Below, piece after piece: positions 1 to 14,523 of a DNA stretch of 64,000 nucleotides. The DNA is taken from positions 682,001 through 746,000 of the forward strand of contig OX597824.1 in NCBI GenBank assembly GCA_951406725.2, written 5' to 3'. The stretch comes from Octopus vulgaris. Its lineage: Eukaryota. The notes below the pieces were generated by a model. The model saw only the letters and a program-made list of their open reading frames with translations. It had not been told where the DNA came from and searched no databases. The number at the start of each line of letters is the position of its first letter. Within the stretch, counting starts at the first letter, position 1. The translations under genes were made by a program, and so were the position numbers.

Positions 1-3000
1 TGTCATGGTCAGTGCGACGATCACACGCTACACACCTTCCTTCCAAGCACTGTTGTAAACAGAGGGAGTGAGCTAGAACGTTAAAACTTAGTGCGTCCAT
101 CAAATTCCACTCGGCATTGTTCAACCCAAATCTATGATACAAGCCCAAGGTCTCTCGAAGTGAGACCGAACCCAGAACAACTTCGTTGCAAGGTGAATTT
201 ATTTTTAGTACACTCACCACATATTACTTGTATTCTAGAAACAGCCTTCCCTATGATCGTTATCTATCTTCCTTCATAGGTCAGAGCTGTGGAACAGAAG
301 CTATGCTCCAAGAATATGAAGCAATCGATCTAGTTTTAGTTTTGGGTTGTTGCATTTTTATTTCACCTGCATTTTAAATTCTCCTGAAAAGAATATGGAT
401 GTCTTATCTACTTCTGAAAAATTCTGCGATTTCAAATTCACGTACGGAAGCCAACTAAGAAGCTTTCCTATGTGAAACTACGGAGAGACCTTGTCGCATA
501 AAAAATAAAGAAAGACAATTTATATGGAAAAACTATTGGTTTTAAGAAAACAAAATCCGTTCTTCGGAATCGGCCAGAAATATATACTGTCCTCATATGA
601 TATCACTCCTTTAAGAAGCTAAATATTTTGCATTATTAAAGAAATAAATATAAGTTATTTTCTGTTGAGCATATTTTTTTCTTATAAAATACCAGGTAAA
701 TTTGCTGTAAAGAATCACTTTTAAGTCATCACAGCCCATATAATTTTTTACTGAAATTTCAAAGGCTACACACAACCAAAGAAATGGCAAATTGAAATAA
801 AAAAAAAATGTCCGTCTCAAAGTACGGAAATACGGAAGCCAACTACTTTTAAGGAAGTCAGTTTCTATTACAGGATAATGAACACTTGGAACCAGAAGAA
901 AATTTTAAAAAAAGGAACAAAAATTTATTGTATGTACTTTACGGTGAATTCCACTTGAAAGATTTTAATTAGAAAGAAAAAAATGAAAGAGACAATTTCT
1001 TTTCTACATTTCAACATTTTTATATGTTGTAAAATTAAATTTGGAGAGAAATTATCGTTATGTTTCTTTATATTTGTATGAAATAAAGAAATGTAATTTA
1101 AAAAAAATCTATAGCAAAGAACTGTACATTTTCTTAGAAGGAAAAAATACTTGCTTAACTCACTGAAGCATCAGCTCATAAGTTTAAGCACAAATCTGAA
1201 AAACAAACATGTCACACTCCTCTGTGCAACTTTTCCCCCTAAAATAGAAGCATTTTCTTTTCTTTTTTGTAAATTTGGAATATTTTTAGTGGCAGATTTC
1301 TGGAGGTTCGTATCTTGTCTCCACTGACTTACTCAGCCTTTCGAAGGCTTTCGTCGATTCGGCTTTACCATATTTATATATTTCCCATTCCCCACTCTTA
1401 AATATTGCGCCAATGTCCTAAGTTAAAAATCTCTAAAGAATGATGATTTCAAATTTTGGTCCAACTGTTTTTGAGGAGAAAGAATCTTTGCTCAGTTCTT
1501 TGCCGGTTTTAGACCAATGTTTGATGAATTGGGATACGACATTTGTCTCTCCCCACCCCTTAAGAGTATAGAAATAGAAGATAGACACCATCTCTGTTGT
1601 TGTTGTGTTGGTATTTAGCTCCAATTAGCCTTGATAGACCAGAACTATGATAAAAACTGTTCCAGTCGTGACCATCGCGTTATTTTGTATATCTAGCCTT
1701 ACAGTGTCCAATGTACCCTTCCATTTAAAAAAAAACAAAAACGATAGGTTGAGATTTAAAAGAATTTTGTCTGCTATTATTAACAAATTCGAATGACGCA
1801 TAAAGCAGTGCGTGCCAAACCTTTTTTACCATTGTACTAACAGTTTTTCAAGATCATCTTTCTTTTACCAACCGTTTTTCAACGGCCCCTTACAACGATT
1901 CAACAAAATTAAATACACCACGTATACATATGAATATATATACACACAAACAAGTCAGGACATTACCTAACGCTACAGGTGCACTGACCGTCTTTATTGC
2001 ATGTATGCTTAGTGCCAAACGACGGAGATCCGCCATGATAGACTAACGCCCACTTTAGCCATAATTATATACGTTTCTGGTCAGAATTGAGAGAAGGAGA
2101 CAACCCTGATACGTTAATTCCAATCAACTCAATATGAGATGCTATTTAGTGTATCCGAATGTCTTCCTTCATTAAACTAGTAGGAAAATATTTTGTCATC
2201 GTAACCTTGGCTCACCGACGTTTAATCTAGAAGAAAACCCATACTTTTCAAAGCAACTTTTGGTGACGTGATTTTCTGCAAGTTTAGGGAAAATATTCAC
2301 AAAGCCAGGCAGGTAGAAATATACGTGTCTTATCTCACGCAACAATTACAACGGAAACAGCCCGACGGCTAAAGATGTTTCTCCTTTTCTAGCATAAATG
2401 AAAGGATCTTTACTAGTTTAAATGCACTTAAGCATTCTGGTTAGTATCCAAGTTAATTTCTACCGAATTCTTCCCTTCAAAACGATATTTCACCGCGATT
2501 ATGCAAGCAATGCATTTTAGAGCATATGTATGTATGTATATATGTATGTATGTATGCATGTATGTATGTATGCATGTATGTATGTATGTGTTTATGTATG
2601 TATGTGTTTATGTATGTACTTTCTCTAACAGTGCAGTTATTTACTTCCTCCTTTGGTTAAATTACGCACATATTTAAACACATACTGATGCATCTCAACA
2701 CACACACAGACACACACAGACATACACAGAGGCACACACACATATATATATATATGCATGCGTGTATGTGTGTATATATGAATATTAACATCCGATTGAA
2801 GTTATTACCAAGTGGTTTCATGCCAAAAATGGAAAGGTAAATTTAGCAATCATCAGATATGGCTAAATGAGAAAGAAAGCGCAGGGATGTTTGCTACTCG
2901 TGGCCTGAAAACACCACATCCGGTTTTTAGGTTTCATGAATGAAAGAACAGCCACAAGAGATAGACTAACGGAGCAAAACAACAAAACGGATAAGGCTCT

Positions 3001-4204
3001 CTTAAACCCATGGTATTTTTGTCCCCTGCCTTGCTCCCTTTTAGTCAGCTATCTGCAGATGTCACACCGTAGTCAGGTTTTTTTTTTGAGGGGAAAGTCG
3101 GTCGTCAGTGAAACTTCGAAGTCTCAGTCAACATATTCCTTGTAAAAATATATTTTGTTTTCTGCTTCAATATTCTAACCCAACCTTTAGTTAATATTTG
3201 TCTGTTTCAATTTATGATCGAACGTAAAAAAAACCACATTAAAATAGTGGGAAGGGTTGAATATTTTCTCAAGGCTTTTTATATTTTGTTATATATTAAA
3301 TCACAGCCGTAGTTTCTAGTACCTTCGAGTAAAACTCGACTTAAGTTTTCTCTGTTTAATGAAGCCGGTGTTGTTTAATTGTTCTGAATTAGCGATCAAA
3401 TTGTTACACTGTAGAAAATAAGTTTTTGTTTACCCCATGCTACTAAATTTCCTATATTTGCCAATCTATTGTTCTTTTACCCAATTTTTTTTTTATATGC
3501 AATTGTTTTAATTTTCTTTTGTCTTTATCTTTCAATAATATAAAAAAATAAATAATGATTTTTAATATTAATGAAGAAGCAATACAAAGCCTTATTAGGA
3601 AATAAACTTATAAATAAAACATTAGCTTTTGATAATGGTAACGAAGAGAACGAAGACGTATCCGAACACTCTGATATTGTTACTGACTCTGATCAAAGCG
3701 GCTTTGAAAGCGATGTTAATTATACTAAACTTTAATACAACATTGTTTCGTTATTTTTGGCAGTAATGTAAATTTTTATTTCTTATTTTCCCAACTAGGA
3801 AATTTTATTATAATGAGTGTATTTCTACGTGTATATATATTGTTTATTTGTCGATAATATATAGAATATATAAAATATATCATATGCTGACTTTAATTTT
3901 ATGGTTATTGTTTTTAGAAAACAAAAGCTATTTTTACTATTTTTCAACGTAAAAATATATGAATTTCAATCATCTTTTTTTTGCGTTTTAATATTTTTTT
4001 TCTCATTTTAAATTGAGAATTTCTCCTTTTATACCATGTCTCTCTTTTAACTTTACTAACGTGGCATAAAACATAGACATAATGTAGACGCAATACTCTG
4101 CATATTAAATGTAGGAAGAAAAAATAATAGAGCTTACCTCTGTCGCCCCCACCTTTTGATCCTCTCTTCATACACACATCAACATATAGAGACACTTCCT
4201 GGCG

Positions 4205-4405
4205 TAGGCACAAAGCCTGAAATTTTGAGAGAGCAGGCTAGTCGCTTTCGTCGACCACAGAACTTGACTGGTACTTATGTTATCAACCCCAAAGGAGCAG
4301 AAGGAGAAGCCGACCTCAACGGAATTTGAACTCAGAGCAAGAACAGACAGAGGAAATACCGCCAGGCATTGGGTCCAGCGTGCTAACGATGCTTTCCGCT
4401 CGCCA
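4205..4405 (-). mobile_element. Degraded tRNA-derived SINE (family A)
   Basis: Reverse-complement similarity to 5543-5772 (GGAATTTGAACTCAGA, GTGCTAACGA...CTCGCC). Confidence 0.7.
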
Positions 4406-4442
4406 TCTTACAAATAAAAGCAATGATAATTTTTGATGGGAA

Positions 4443-4697
4443 GGCGGCGAGCTGGCAGAATCGTTAGCGCGCCGGACGAAATGCCGCTACTTTTAAGTTC
4501 AAATTCCGCCGAGGTCCAATTTCATACTTTCGGGGTCGATTAAATAAATACCAGTTACGCACTGGGGTCGATATAATCGACTTAATCCGTTTGTTTGTCC
4601 TTGTTCGTCCCCTCTGTGTTTTGCCCTTTGTGGGTAGTAAAGAAATAGGTATTTCGTCTGCCGTTACGTTCTGAGTTCAAATTCCGCCGAGGTCGAC
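4443..4697 (+). mobile_element. SINE family A with start of a second body unit
   Basis: Head GGCGGCGAGCTGGCAGAATCGTTAGC, B-box-like GTTCAAATTCC, tail ...GTAAAGAAATAG, then a second GTATTTCGTCTGCCGTTACGTTCTGAGTTCAAATTCC unit. Confidence 0.85.
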
Positions 4698-5015
4698 AGA
4701 AAGTCAGAAATGCTATTGAAAACGAGGAAGCACAAGATGGAGCAATCACTGTGTGTGTGTGTGTGTGTGCGTGTGTCCTAGTGGTTAAGGTGACGCACTC
4801 ATAATCGCAAAATCGTGGTTTCGATTCCAAAGCCGGCTGCTTTTTGCGTTCTTGAGCAAAACCTTTCATTTCATGTTCTTCTAGTTCATTTAGGTGTAGA
4901 TGGGTCACCCTGCGATGGACTTCTTACCTACGGAGTAGAATCGTTCCAAAGCTACAACAACGCGAGGAAGCACACTGTGATCAGCGGTGTATAACAGCAT
5001 CTGATCGATACAGTG

Positions 5016-5052
<37 letters not shown>

Positions 5053-5542
5053 CTTTTGTTCTTTTAGTTGTTTCAGTCATTGTCCCGCGGCCATGCTAGA
5101 GCACCGCCTTGCCGAGTTAATCTGAATAAACCAATTCCAGCTCTCATTTTAAAATCTAATACTTATTATATCCTTTCTTTTTGCTGAGCCGCTAGCATTA
5201 CGGAAGCGGGGCGCCAACGGATTTCCCTCCACTTGCCAAGTGGTGGAGAGAAAACTAAATCACAAATACGCACTCACGCGTGCACGGTCACACACACACA
5301 TAGGCAAAGGCAAACAGACATACACACATTCGACAGGCTTCACATAGTTTCCACCTACATCACTCATTCACAAGGTGTTGGTTAACTTTGATTTATGGTA
5401 GAAGGCAATGTGACACATAGTGGAACAAAACCTGAAACAACTTGGTTAAGAAACGAACTTCTTAATCTCCTTTTCATGTCTGTGCCAAGGTGAACGTTGG
5501 TGACGTTTCTTTTCTGCTATAATTCTTATTTCTGGTTCTAAA

Positions 5543-5772
5543 GGCGGCGAGCTGGCAGAAATGTTAGCGCGCCGGGCGAAATGATTAGCGGTATTTCGTC
5601 TGCCGTTACGTTCTGAGTTCAAATTCCGCCGAGATCGACTTTGCCTTTCATCCTTTCGGGGTCGATAAATAAAGTACCAGTTTCGCACTGGGATCGATGT
5701 AATCGACTTAATCCCTTTGTTAGTCCTTGTTTGTCCCCTCTATGTTTAGCCCCTTGTGGGCAATAAAGAAAT
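5543..5772 (+). mobile_element. Full-length tRNA-derived SINE (family A) with probable TSD
   Basis: A-box/B-box-like head, central CGACTTTGCCTTTCATCCTTTCGGGGTCGATAAA block, A-rich tail; flanked by near-identical ~20 bp AATT(C/T)TTATTTCTGGTT. Confidence 0.9.
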
Positions 5773-5849
5773 ATATAATTTTTATTTCTGGTTTAATCTC
5801 GAAAAGAACCGCACACTAATCAAATGATAATTTCAATAGATTTTTTAGT

Positions 5850-7140
5850 TTTCTTTCAAAGAACTGTGGACAAAACCCTTCACCTAAAGACATTGTGGTA
5901 GGAAAACCAAAACTGAACTACTTTTGACTGTAGTGTCGGAAGATACTGTTGATAAACCCCAAAATGACTACGAAGGGATTTCGGAATCAAACTTTGCTTC
6001 TCAGCAATGATTTGTTTTTAAAATAGCGATTCCCTTTTCTGGACGGAAAATCAGTTATTATATGTTTTTCTTCACGGTAAAGCAATTTCGCATTTGTTCA
6101 GTAGAAAAGAGTATGGCCTAAAGTAGTAAAGTACTTCCCGAAGCTATTTGAAATGTCAGCCGAGTGATCTTTCAAATCAACTTTTATAAGTTCAGGCATA
6201 TTTTCATTGATCAAAGATAAATCCTAACCCGCAAAACTGAGTAATTCGTTTTGTCAAGACGCCTCATCAAAAGATATAAGTTTCCACGCAAAGAAACAAA
6301 TCTATTTCTTTGGAGTTCTTGTGTGTATTTTTGGCTGATTGATGAGTAAAATTTCCTCTATCTATTTCCACCCAAAATATTAGGCAAAATAAACGGGAAG
6401 TTCACACGACGATACCAAATAGATTAGTAAATATAGATCTTTTCTCTCTTAAAAAAACTTATATAGCAATTCATCAACGGGAATGAGGAATTTGTCAAGA
6501 GATAACCAGAGAATTCTGTACGATAAAGCTTTGTTGCATATTCTGCGACCATTTCTTTAATGTGCTACTGGAGAAGTTCACAGTTTTGATTGCATCTTCA
6601 AAAACATCTTTGTAATAGGTTTGAAGACATTTTGGCCCCAAAACATAACGACGTATAAAACAATAATCAGTATAAGAACTATTTTGTCTTATAGTGAAAT
6701 CATTTCCTTTGACCCATCATGCAAGGAGGACAATCAACAAACACTTATGAAGCGTGACACCAATGTCTTTCTGACGTTTCTAGAAGTCTACAAACTCGTC
6801 TTCTATATTGAAGACATCTTTTCCTTTTACAGTTGTAGACAATTCATTAAAAAATGACAAGGATAATTCTTTTCGCTGTTCACATTCAGTGTAACGGGTG
6901 GAACAACGCAGTGTAACGGGTGGAACAATGCAGCATCAGTTTCGTTAATTCTATAAATTACTTGTCGCTACATATTCAATGTTAGTTACCATATTGTTCG
7001 GTGCCGGTCTGTACGGTTCTTAAGCCCAATAGAGTTCGCAATTCTAAAGAGATTGTTCGCAGTTCTTGTAGGTTCTCTCTCGTCTTGTCGTCAGAGTAAT
7101 GTCTCTGCTTATCTTCTGCGCTGTGGTTCGATATCACTTT
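5850..7140 (-). mobile_element. Heavily decayed hAT (Charlie/Buster-like) transposase remnant
   Basis: Manual minus-strand reading gives fragments such as PCMMGQRK, KDVFEDAIKTVNF and TEFSGYLLTN, loosely resembling hAT DGAPxM, VKIVNF and TEVRWLS motifs; many stops and frameshifts. Confidence 0.45.
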
Positions 7141-7251
7141 ATCGTCTTTACTTTCGTTTTTTTATACTGTAATTGTTTTTCCCTTTCGTTCTAAAACTGA
7201 AACTTCTAGCAGAACACCTCTCGCACGCACGCACACACGCAAACACACTTA

Positions 7252-7292
<41 letters not shown>

Positions 7293-8041
7293 ACACACAC
7301 AGACACACACACACACACACACACACAGACACACACACACACAGACACGTGGGGACAAAGACGAGCAAGAGAGAGAGGATTTAACAAGGTTAAATCGTGT
7401 TGACAAAAGAGACCAACAAGCCAAACAGTCAGTCAACTTGCTAGAAATAACAGTGAAATCTGCCCACAAACAGACCCTACAGTAATTATCAAAGGAAATA
7501 TACATTGTATAATGCAATCCTGCATATGAGAAGGGATGGTCAGTCTGGAGCACTGACTGGACGATGGAAAGTCAGCGTATAATTTGTTAACGGTGACCAT
7601 CTTGCCTGTCGGAATTTAATGTGGAAGGGGAAGCTTCTATGAAGATTTCTTGACAGCCAGGAACTTTATAATCACACCTTCGTGTCTTTAAAACGGACAG
7701 AAACATTGGATAATGTGGTTTTCCAATGATACCTTATAAGGACCGGATGACCACGATTGGGTGGCTTTTGAAGAGAAGTCTGATCAATCATGGCTGACAT
7801 TGGGAACAAGAGCAGCAGCAGCAGCAGCAACCTCAACAAAATTGTCAGGAATAACGAATATACTGGGCAGTCGACAGAATTTATGTTTGTGTGAGTTCCT
7901 GCGCAGAAGGAACGTCTTAGACAGATGTCCATTGCAGTTCGTGGGTTCCAGACAGCAGTAAGTGCAACGTTGAAGCGAATATATTGAAATATCGATTTAT
8001 TGATTTCTCAAATGAGTGACTGACCGACATATGTATCCATG

Positions 8042-8107
<66 letters not shown>

Positions 8108-8338
8108 ATATGTTTATGTATAGATGCATATTTATGTGTGTGTATATATATATATATAAATGCATATATACATGCATGCAAGCACGAACACTAACACACA
8201 CGCGCGCACACACACACACGTATACATAGAGGGTAGATCGATAGACCGTTAGATAGATATAAATAGACAGATTGTCCTTATTCAAGTATTCAACGACAAA
8301 TATTGAATAGATAGCGTGCATCATTGTGGCTTTTACGA

Positions 8339-8369
<31 letters not shown>

Positions 8370-8389
8370 GATAACAATACAACAATAGC

Positions 8390-8428
<39 letters not shown>

Positions 8429-8599
8429 GGCCGACACCAGTACCACCTGGCCACTTATTGATAATTTCCGGATCAGTGAAATATTTCTATAGAGCTTTCA
8501 CTGCAATTTGTTTGTCTCTTTCATGAAGCTCAGTTTTAAGTTTCTCGGCGGCCATAATACACGAAATACTCCCTTGTGTTAGGCAAGAAGTCGCACCAC

Positions 8600-9650
8600 T
8601 GGACAGACATTGCTTATTTTCAATGAATGCCATAGAATATTTGAATGTCTAAGGATTCATTTGAAGATAACTAAATTTACACACAACTGATCGTTCCTCC
8701 TCCCCTATTTCATTAGAGAGCGGGTGGATGGTTTAGTAGGATATTTCCATTTGGTTAAATGCAGTTGTGTAGGTAAGGCTTCTATCAGTAGGCTTAATGT
8801 TGCTGGAGGTGTCAGCTATTACAGTTAAATTGTCTCATTTTACTTGTAGATTTGACAAAGTAGTTTATTTTAATCAAGAATCTAAGCTATATATAAGCTA
8901 CATTGAAGTTTGCATTTTCGCTTTTTATCGTTATTCAGTCGTAGGAAAAGGTGGAAACAGGAAACTCTTGGCAGAAACAGAAGTAAGTCACACTTCCAAT
9001 AAATCTCTAAGTCTTTGTAGAGCGGACCAAATACGGTTTATCTTTGGACAAGCTAGTCTCTCGAAACTTTCAGAAACGCTAAAGTAACTTTTTGAATAAT
9101 GGTAGATCTAATGCCAATCATTGGTTATGGTGTACCGAATTCTTGCAATGAAAAAGCAGAGCTGCTTGTCAGTTGTTTTCTAATAATTTTATCTGACAAC
9201 TAAAACCTTCAGTCAGTTCTAGTGGCCTTCAAACTCCGTAGTAAAATCAAATTACGTAGTAAAATTAAATGTTTTGAGACGTTTAATTCGATTGGCTACA
9301 ACACAGATGCGATAAGGAGATCTAATTGTCATTTCTTGAAGTTCAAGTTGTCATGTAAAGACTTCCATATGTTCCGTTTACATTTTAGAAGGTTGTGAAT
9401 TTCTGAGTGAATGAAAGACATGAAAACCAACCGATATATCGGTGGTTAGTATCTTGTAATTTCGCTAAGTTAATGCCCCCAATTAGCAAATGGAAAATCA
9501 TAAAATTTATTATTGTGTTGATTATTGCATTAATAATTCTTCAACTTACAACCAGCTAATACCTAATGCCTAATTGTTGTTCTGTTCGGAATAATTGCCT
9601 TTCAAAATCTCCAGTGACTGTTAAATCCAATATCCATCCGAAGAGTATTA
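8600..9650 (-). mobile_element. Possible second decayed hAT remnant
   Basis: Minus-strand fragments NSQPSKM (cf. MKPSKLKRH) and LFPPFPTT (cf. LLPFxTTY dimerisation motif). Confidence 0.3.
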
Positions 9651-10049
9651 CCTACATCGGCATAACCGTTAAGCCTTTTAAACGTGTATTCATGACAAAA
9701 AAACACTGAACTCTCTCATGATCCAATCTACCTAGTTATAATCTAAATTATCTCTAACATAGGCGCAAGGCTTGGAATTTTACATGAAAGTGTTAGCCGA
9801 TACCGTCGACCGCCACTTCTTGACTGATATATTATTTTGTCGACCCCAGGGAGGTGAAAGGCGAAGTTGATCCTGGTGAAAATTGAATTCAGAACGTAAA
9901 GAACTCGAACAAATACCAACAAGGCAGTTTTTCCGAAGCTCTGATGACCCTGCCAATCCACCGTCCTTACCAGGTAAGGCTATAACTAGGTACTGCACAG
10001 ATAAGGCTACTGTAAACAAGGTCGGCATTGTAAAACATGACCAATTTTT

Positions 10050-10350
10050 TTAGTGGTGAGGAGCTTGCTTACCAACCACATGGTTCCAGGTTCAGTCCCA
10101 CTGCTTGCTACCTTGGACAAATGTCTCCACTATACCTTGGGCCGACCAAACTGTGAGTGGATTTGGTAGAGGGAAAGTGAAAGAAGCCCGTCGTGTGTAT
10201 GAGTATGTATATGCCTATGTGTGTGTGTGTCTTTGTGCCTGCGTTTCTCCACCGACATTGCTTGACAACCGGTGTTAGTGTGTTTACATCCGCGTAACTT
10301 AGCGGTTCGACAAAAAGGAAACTGATAGACTATGTACCAGGCTTAAAAGG
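10050..10350 (+). mobile_element. SINE family B (partial)
   Basis: GCTTGCTTACCAACCACATGGTTCCAGGTTCAGTCCCACTG...GAAAGAAGCCCGTCG, internal TG tract, TAACTTAGCGGTTCG; matches 10502-10922 in reverse orientation. Confidence 0.85.
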
Positions 10351-10403
10351 CGTAAAAGATACACAAGAGATGTATTTTCCTTTTTTACTTAGAATATACA
10401 TAC

Positions 10404-10487
<84 letters not shown>

Positions 10488-10501
10488 TGTGCATATATAT
10501 A

Positions 10502-10701
10502 TTCTTTTACTTGTTTCAGTCATTTGACTGCGGCCATGCTGGAGCACGTCCTTTAGTCGAGCAAATCAACCCTAGGACTTATTCTTTGTATGCCTAGTAC
10601 TTATTCTATCGGGATCTTTTGCCGAACCGCTAAGTTACGGGGACATAAACACGCCAGCATCGGTTGTCAAGCGATGGAGTAGGGACAAACACACACACAC
10701 A

Positions 10702-10756
<55 letters not shown>

Positions 10757-10922
10757 GTACGACGGGCTTCTTTCAGTTTCCATCTACCATATCCACTCAC
10801 AAGGCTTTGGTCGGTCCGAGGCTATAGAAGAAGACACTCGCCCAAGGTGCCACGCAGTAGGACTGATCCCGGAATCATATGGTTAGTTAGCAAGATACTT
10901 ACCACACAGCCACTCCTGCGCC
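10502..10922 (-). mobile_element. Full-length SINE family B with internal microsatellite
   Basis: RC begins GGCGCAGGAGTGGCTGTGTGGTAAG (tRNA-like head), has a (TA)n(TG)n middle and ends GACTGAAACAAGTAAAAGAA. Other copies or fragments at ~5055-5460, 25540, 27480, 33350, 45665, 49975, 51210, 51680, 59240 and 61210. Confidence 0.9.
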
Positions 10923-10949
10923 TATATATACATATACATGTATATAATA

Positions 10950-12432
10950 ATGGAAGTCTGTCGGGGTTCGACAATGACGTCAGTGAAGCCGGAAGTGGGA
11001 GCGTAACCCAAAGGTGGACGCGCAGATGCGGCTACATGTTGGGCACGTAACAGCAAGTAAGGTTGGGAATCCTTTCTTTTCGGGTTTGTCGCTTCTGGTC
11101 CAGGCACTTGAGGCGCTTTTCCTCAAACAGCCTATCACCCTTTTGGACAGCTGATGCCAGGCACCGCGGTCAGAGGCTAGTGATTCCCAGCCACGGGCTG
11201 AAATGCCGCAGGCCTCAAGGGAAGTTTTCATTCTGTCCTTGTATCGCCTCAGTGGCCTTCCAGGGTTTCTTGTTCCAGAAGCCAGCTCAGAGAAGAAGAT
11301 CATCTTTGGTAGACGCGCGTCGTCCATTCGGACCTCATGTCCGACCCACCGGAGCTGGGCCTTCATGATGAGGGCTTCGATCCCTGGAATTTCGGCTCTG
11401 CGAAGCACCTCAGTGTTGGAGACTCTGTCCTCCCAGGAAACTCCCATGATTCGTCGTAAGCAGCGGAGGTGGAACTGGTCAAGTACTCGTGTCTACATCC
11501 TATACAGTGTCCACATCCCACAGCCGTAGAGCAGAGAGGGGATGATGACTGCCCTATAGAGTGCCAGCTTGGTGGAAATTCTGATGCCTCGTTCGGCCCA
11601 CACACACGTCCAAAGTCTACCAAACGAAGCTCCTACTTTTGCAAGCCTCATGGAGACCTCTTTGTCCATGCTGCAGTTTGAGGACAGGCAGCTTCCCAGG
11701 TATGTAAAGCTCTCCACGTTGTTCAGAGTTGTGCCTTCAATCACGATCTGAGGCTCAGGAGGTGTTAGGCCAGGTGCATCACTTCAGTTTTCGCAGGCTA
11801 ATGGTCAGTCCGAAGGCTTTTGCTGCTTCTGCGACACAAGTGGCAAGTTCTTGCAGGTCTGGTTCATTCAATGCTGCAAGCTCACAATCGTCTGTAAACA
11901 GGAAGTCTCTCACTACGGCGTCCAGGACTTTGGTTTTTGCCATCAGACGTCTGAGGTCAAAGAATCGACCGTCACATCTGTAGCCAATAGTGACACCAGC
12001 ATCAGACTTTGACAGGGCACGGAAGGGCATGGTGGCAAACATGAGGCTGAAGAGCGTGGGAGCCATCACGCAGCCTTGCTTCACGCCATTGGAAACCGGG
12101 AATGGATCAGAGACATCTCCGTTTTCCACGATGCGAGCCATCATGTCATCATCACCATCATGACTGGATGATCCTGACGAGCTTTGGTGGGCAGCCCAGC
12201 TTGGACAAGATATCGCACAAGCCCTCTCGGCTGACAGTGTCAAAAGCCTTCGTCAGGTCCACGAAGAGGATGTAGAGGTTCTGGTTTTGTTCTCGGCACT
12301 TCTCTTGTATCTGCCGTACTGCAATGACCATGTCTATTGTCCCCCTGTTATTCCTAAAATCACACTGGCTCTCTGAGACCACGTCGTCCAGCAGGTGGTG
12401 CGTGATGCAGTTCAGAAAAACACGGGCCATGA
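10950..12432 (-). mobile_element. 5'-truncated RTE-clade LINE with frameshifted reverse transcriptase
   Basis: ORF pieces ESQCDFRNNRGTIDM, FVDLTKAFDTVSRE, GVKQGCVMAPTLF, LFTDD, FTYLGS, QLRWVGH..RMDDARLPK and C-terminal CPTCSRIC..GLRSH zinc finger. Confidence 0.93.
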
Positions 12433-12673
12433 TCTGAATGTGAATGTTGAATTTGACCTCTGCTTATCATGAACTTTTGGACGTACTTGTGTGAGGGGAG
12501 AAAAAGACTTTTTTCAAGATGTATCCGAATTTAATGTTTGTTCTATAACCAATGCTTCTTTATCTTCGTCCCATTTATATTTGGGCACGTCTTTTGCAGT
12601 CCTTTTAAAACCTTTTTTTCCTATAAAAAGGGACAAATATTATTTCTAGTTGCATATATATATTATTTCTAGT

Positions 12674-12715
<42 letters not shown>

Positions 12716-12720
12716 TATAT

Positions 12721-12775
<55 letters not shown>

Positions 12776-12794
12776 TACAATATATGTAAATATA

Positions 12795-13068
12795 TATCCT
12801 CCCGAAGAACCTAAGGGACCTGCATGGGGTGGATGCAGATGTCTTTAAAATGAAACTGGATCTCTTCTTGTCATGTATCCCAGATGAACCAACTTCACGG
12901 CAGGAGGTGCAGATGAGGGCAGCTGCATCGAACTCTCTCATGCACCAAATGGCAGTTGCTAAAAAGCATTCGTGAAGTAAAACCATGTAGCAACACCAAA
13001 TGGCGGTGCCCCAGAATGGCCACAGCTCATGAGCTGAAACTAGAATCAATCAATCAATCAATCAATCA
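12795..13068 (+). mobile_element. 3' end of a CR1-group LINE
   Basis: Reads LPKNLRDLHGVDADVFKMKLDLFLSCIPDEP (typical CR1 C-terminus), then a short 3' UTR and an (AATC)n tail. Confidence 0.75.
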
Positions 13069-13337
13069 TATGTATATACTAATCAGGAGCAAATATTCAG
13101 GAGTGACTATTTGTATCGATATTAATATTGCTATTATTATCAATGGCAATATAAATAGTTGATAATAACAGAAACATTAATTTAGGTGGTTGTAGGCCTA
13201 AAATAGCATTATATAGCTATAAAATTAAAATGATATCAATCATAAGGACGCACGAATTCATCTACCTGCTAAAGATAGAGGTAAAACCCTTATTCAAACC
13301 ACCCAAAATAAAACTGAAAATAACAGAATCAACAGTG

Positions 13338-13419
<82 letters not shown>

Positions 13420-14467
13420 TATAAATATAAATGTATATATATGTAATAAATTCCAAAACGAATTTGTGTGTCAGTGTGTCACACTTTGACCCCCCCCTCT
13501 CTCATTATTCAATGACACTTCTACTATTCCTCTTGCTGGGGTGAGATTAATAATAGTCTTAGAGACAGTGAGGGCGGTAGTAGATTGACAGTTGAGATGG
13601 TAATGCGGTGATAGTAATAGTATGAGCTATAGTTGTGATAAAGGCGGAGGCGACGGTGATGATGATGGTGGTGGTGGTGGTGGTAGCTGAGGCAGTCAAG
13701 ATTGACGGAGAGAGTAAGGGATGTGAAAGACAGTGGTGGTGGAAGGGAGAGCGGCGAAGTCAAGGTGTTGGTGGTGGTGTCAAAGTCTGAATGATGTGCA
13801 TATGGCAGTTGTGGTGGCGATGGTGGTTGTACCACTGATGGTGATGGTTGAAAACAACCAACAGAGAGAGGGAGAGAGAGAGAGAGGGAAGAAAGAGAGA
13901 AAGAAAGAGGTTAGACAGGAAATAAATTGTACTGACCCTCCAAATGGAAAGACAAAAAATGTTGTTTACCATGAAGCTTTGCAATAAGTCCCAAGTCGAC
14001 AAATTATGTCATTGTTTTGAAGAAAATTGTTCATTCCTTGAAAAATATTGGTCGAGTTTAATGAAATTTAATCTGTACTCATTGCATGAAGTGTCATTGT
14101 TGGGTTCAAGGTTCACTGAAGAGTCCTCCACAGGAGCTAGCTTGAAGCCGCCCTATCGGGAGGCTTTGAAGCTAGCATATATATATATACATTTATTTTT
14201 TCGACAGTAAATAGGAAACAGCATTTAATAAAGAAACGGTTGAGAGTTTTATAAGTTATATATAAGTTGACTGTTTTATAACAGTATTCCCATGGTCCTT
14301 GGTGATCATTTTGGAAAGTGCACGCGAATAACACATCTTTTTCGTTATCATTTCATTCTGATGATGAGACCGAAAATGTTACTATTGTACCATAGTTAGC
14401 ATACAGGACTAATAAGGAGATTATAAAGAGATCCTTAACAAAAAAGATTAAACTCATAGTCATCAGT

Positions 14468-14523
<56 letters not shown>

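Noticed and set aside
3570-3720. Acidic peptide resembling a piggyBac N-terminus
   Set aside because: Too short and degraded; no clear TTAA-bounded TIR pair.
7400-7965. Unique segment with (CAG)n and a GTAAGT donor-like site, possible exon
   Set aside because: No recognisable protein similarity or acceptor site; cannot be supported without transcript data.
14358-14385. CTGATGA..GAAA hammerhead candidate
   Set aside because: No convincing stems I, II or III.
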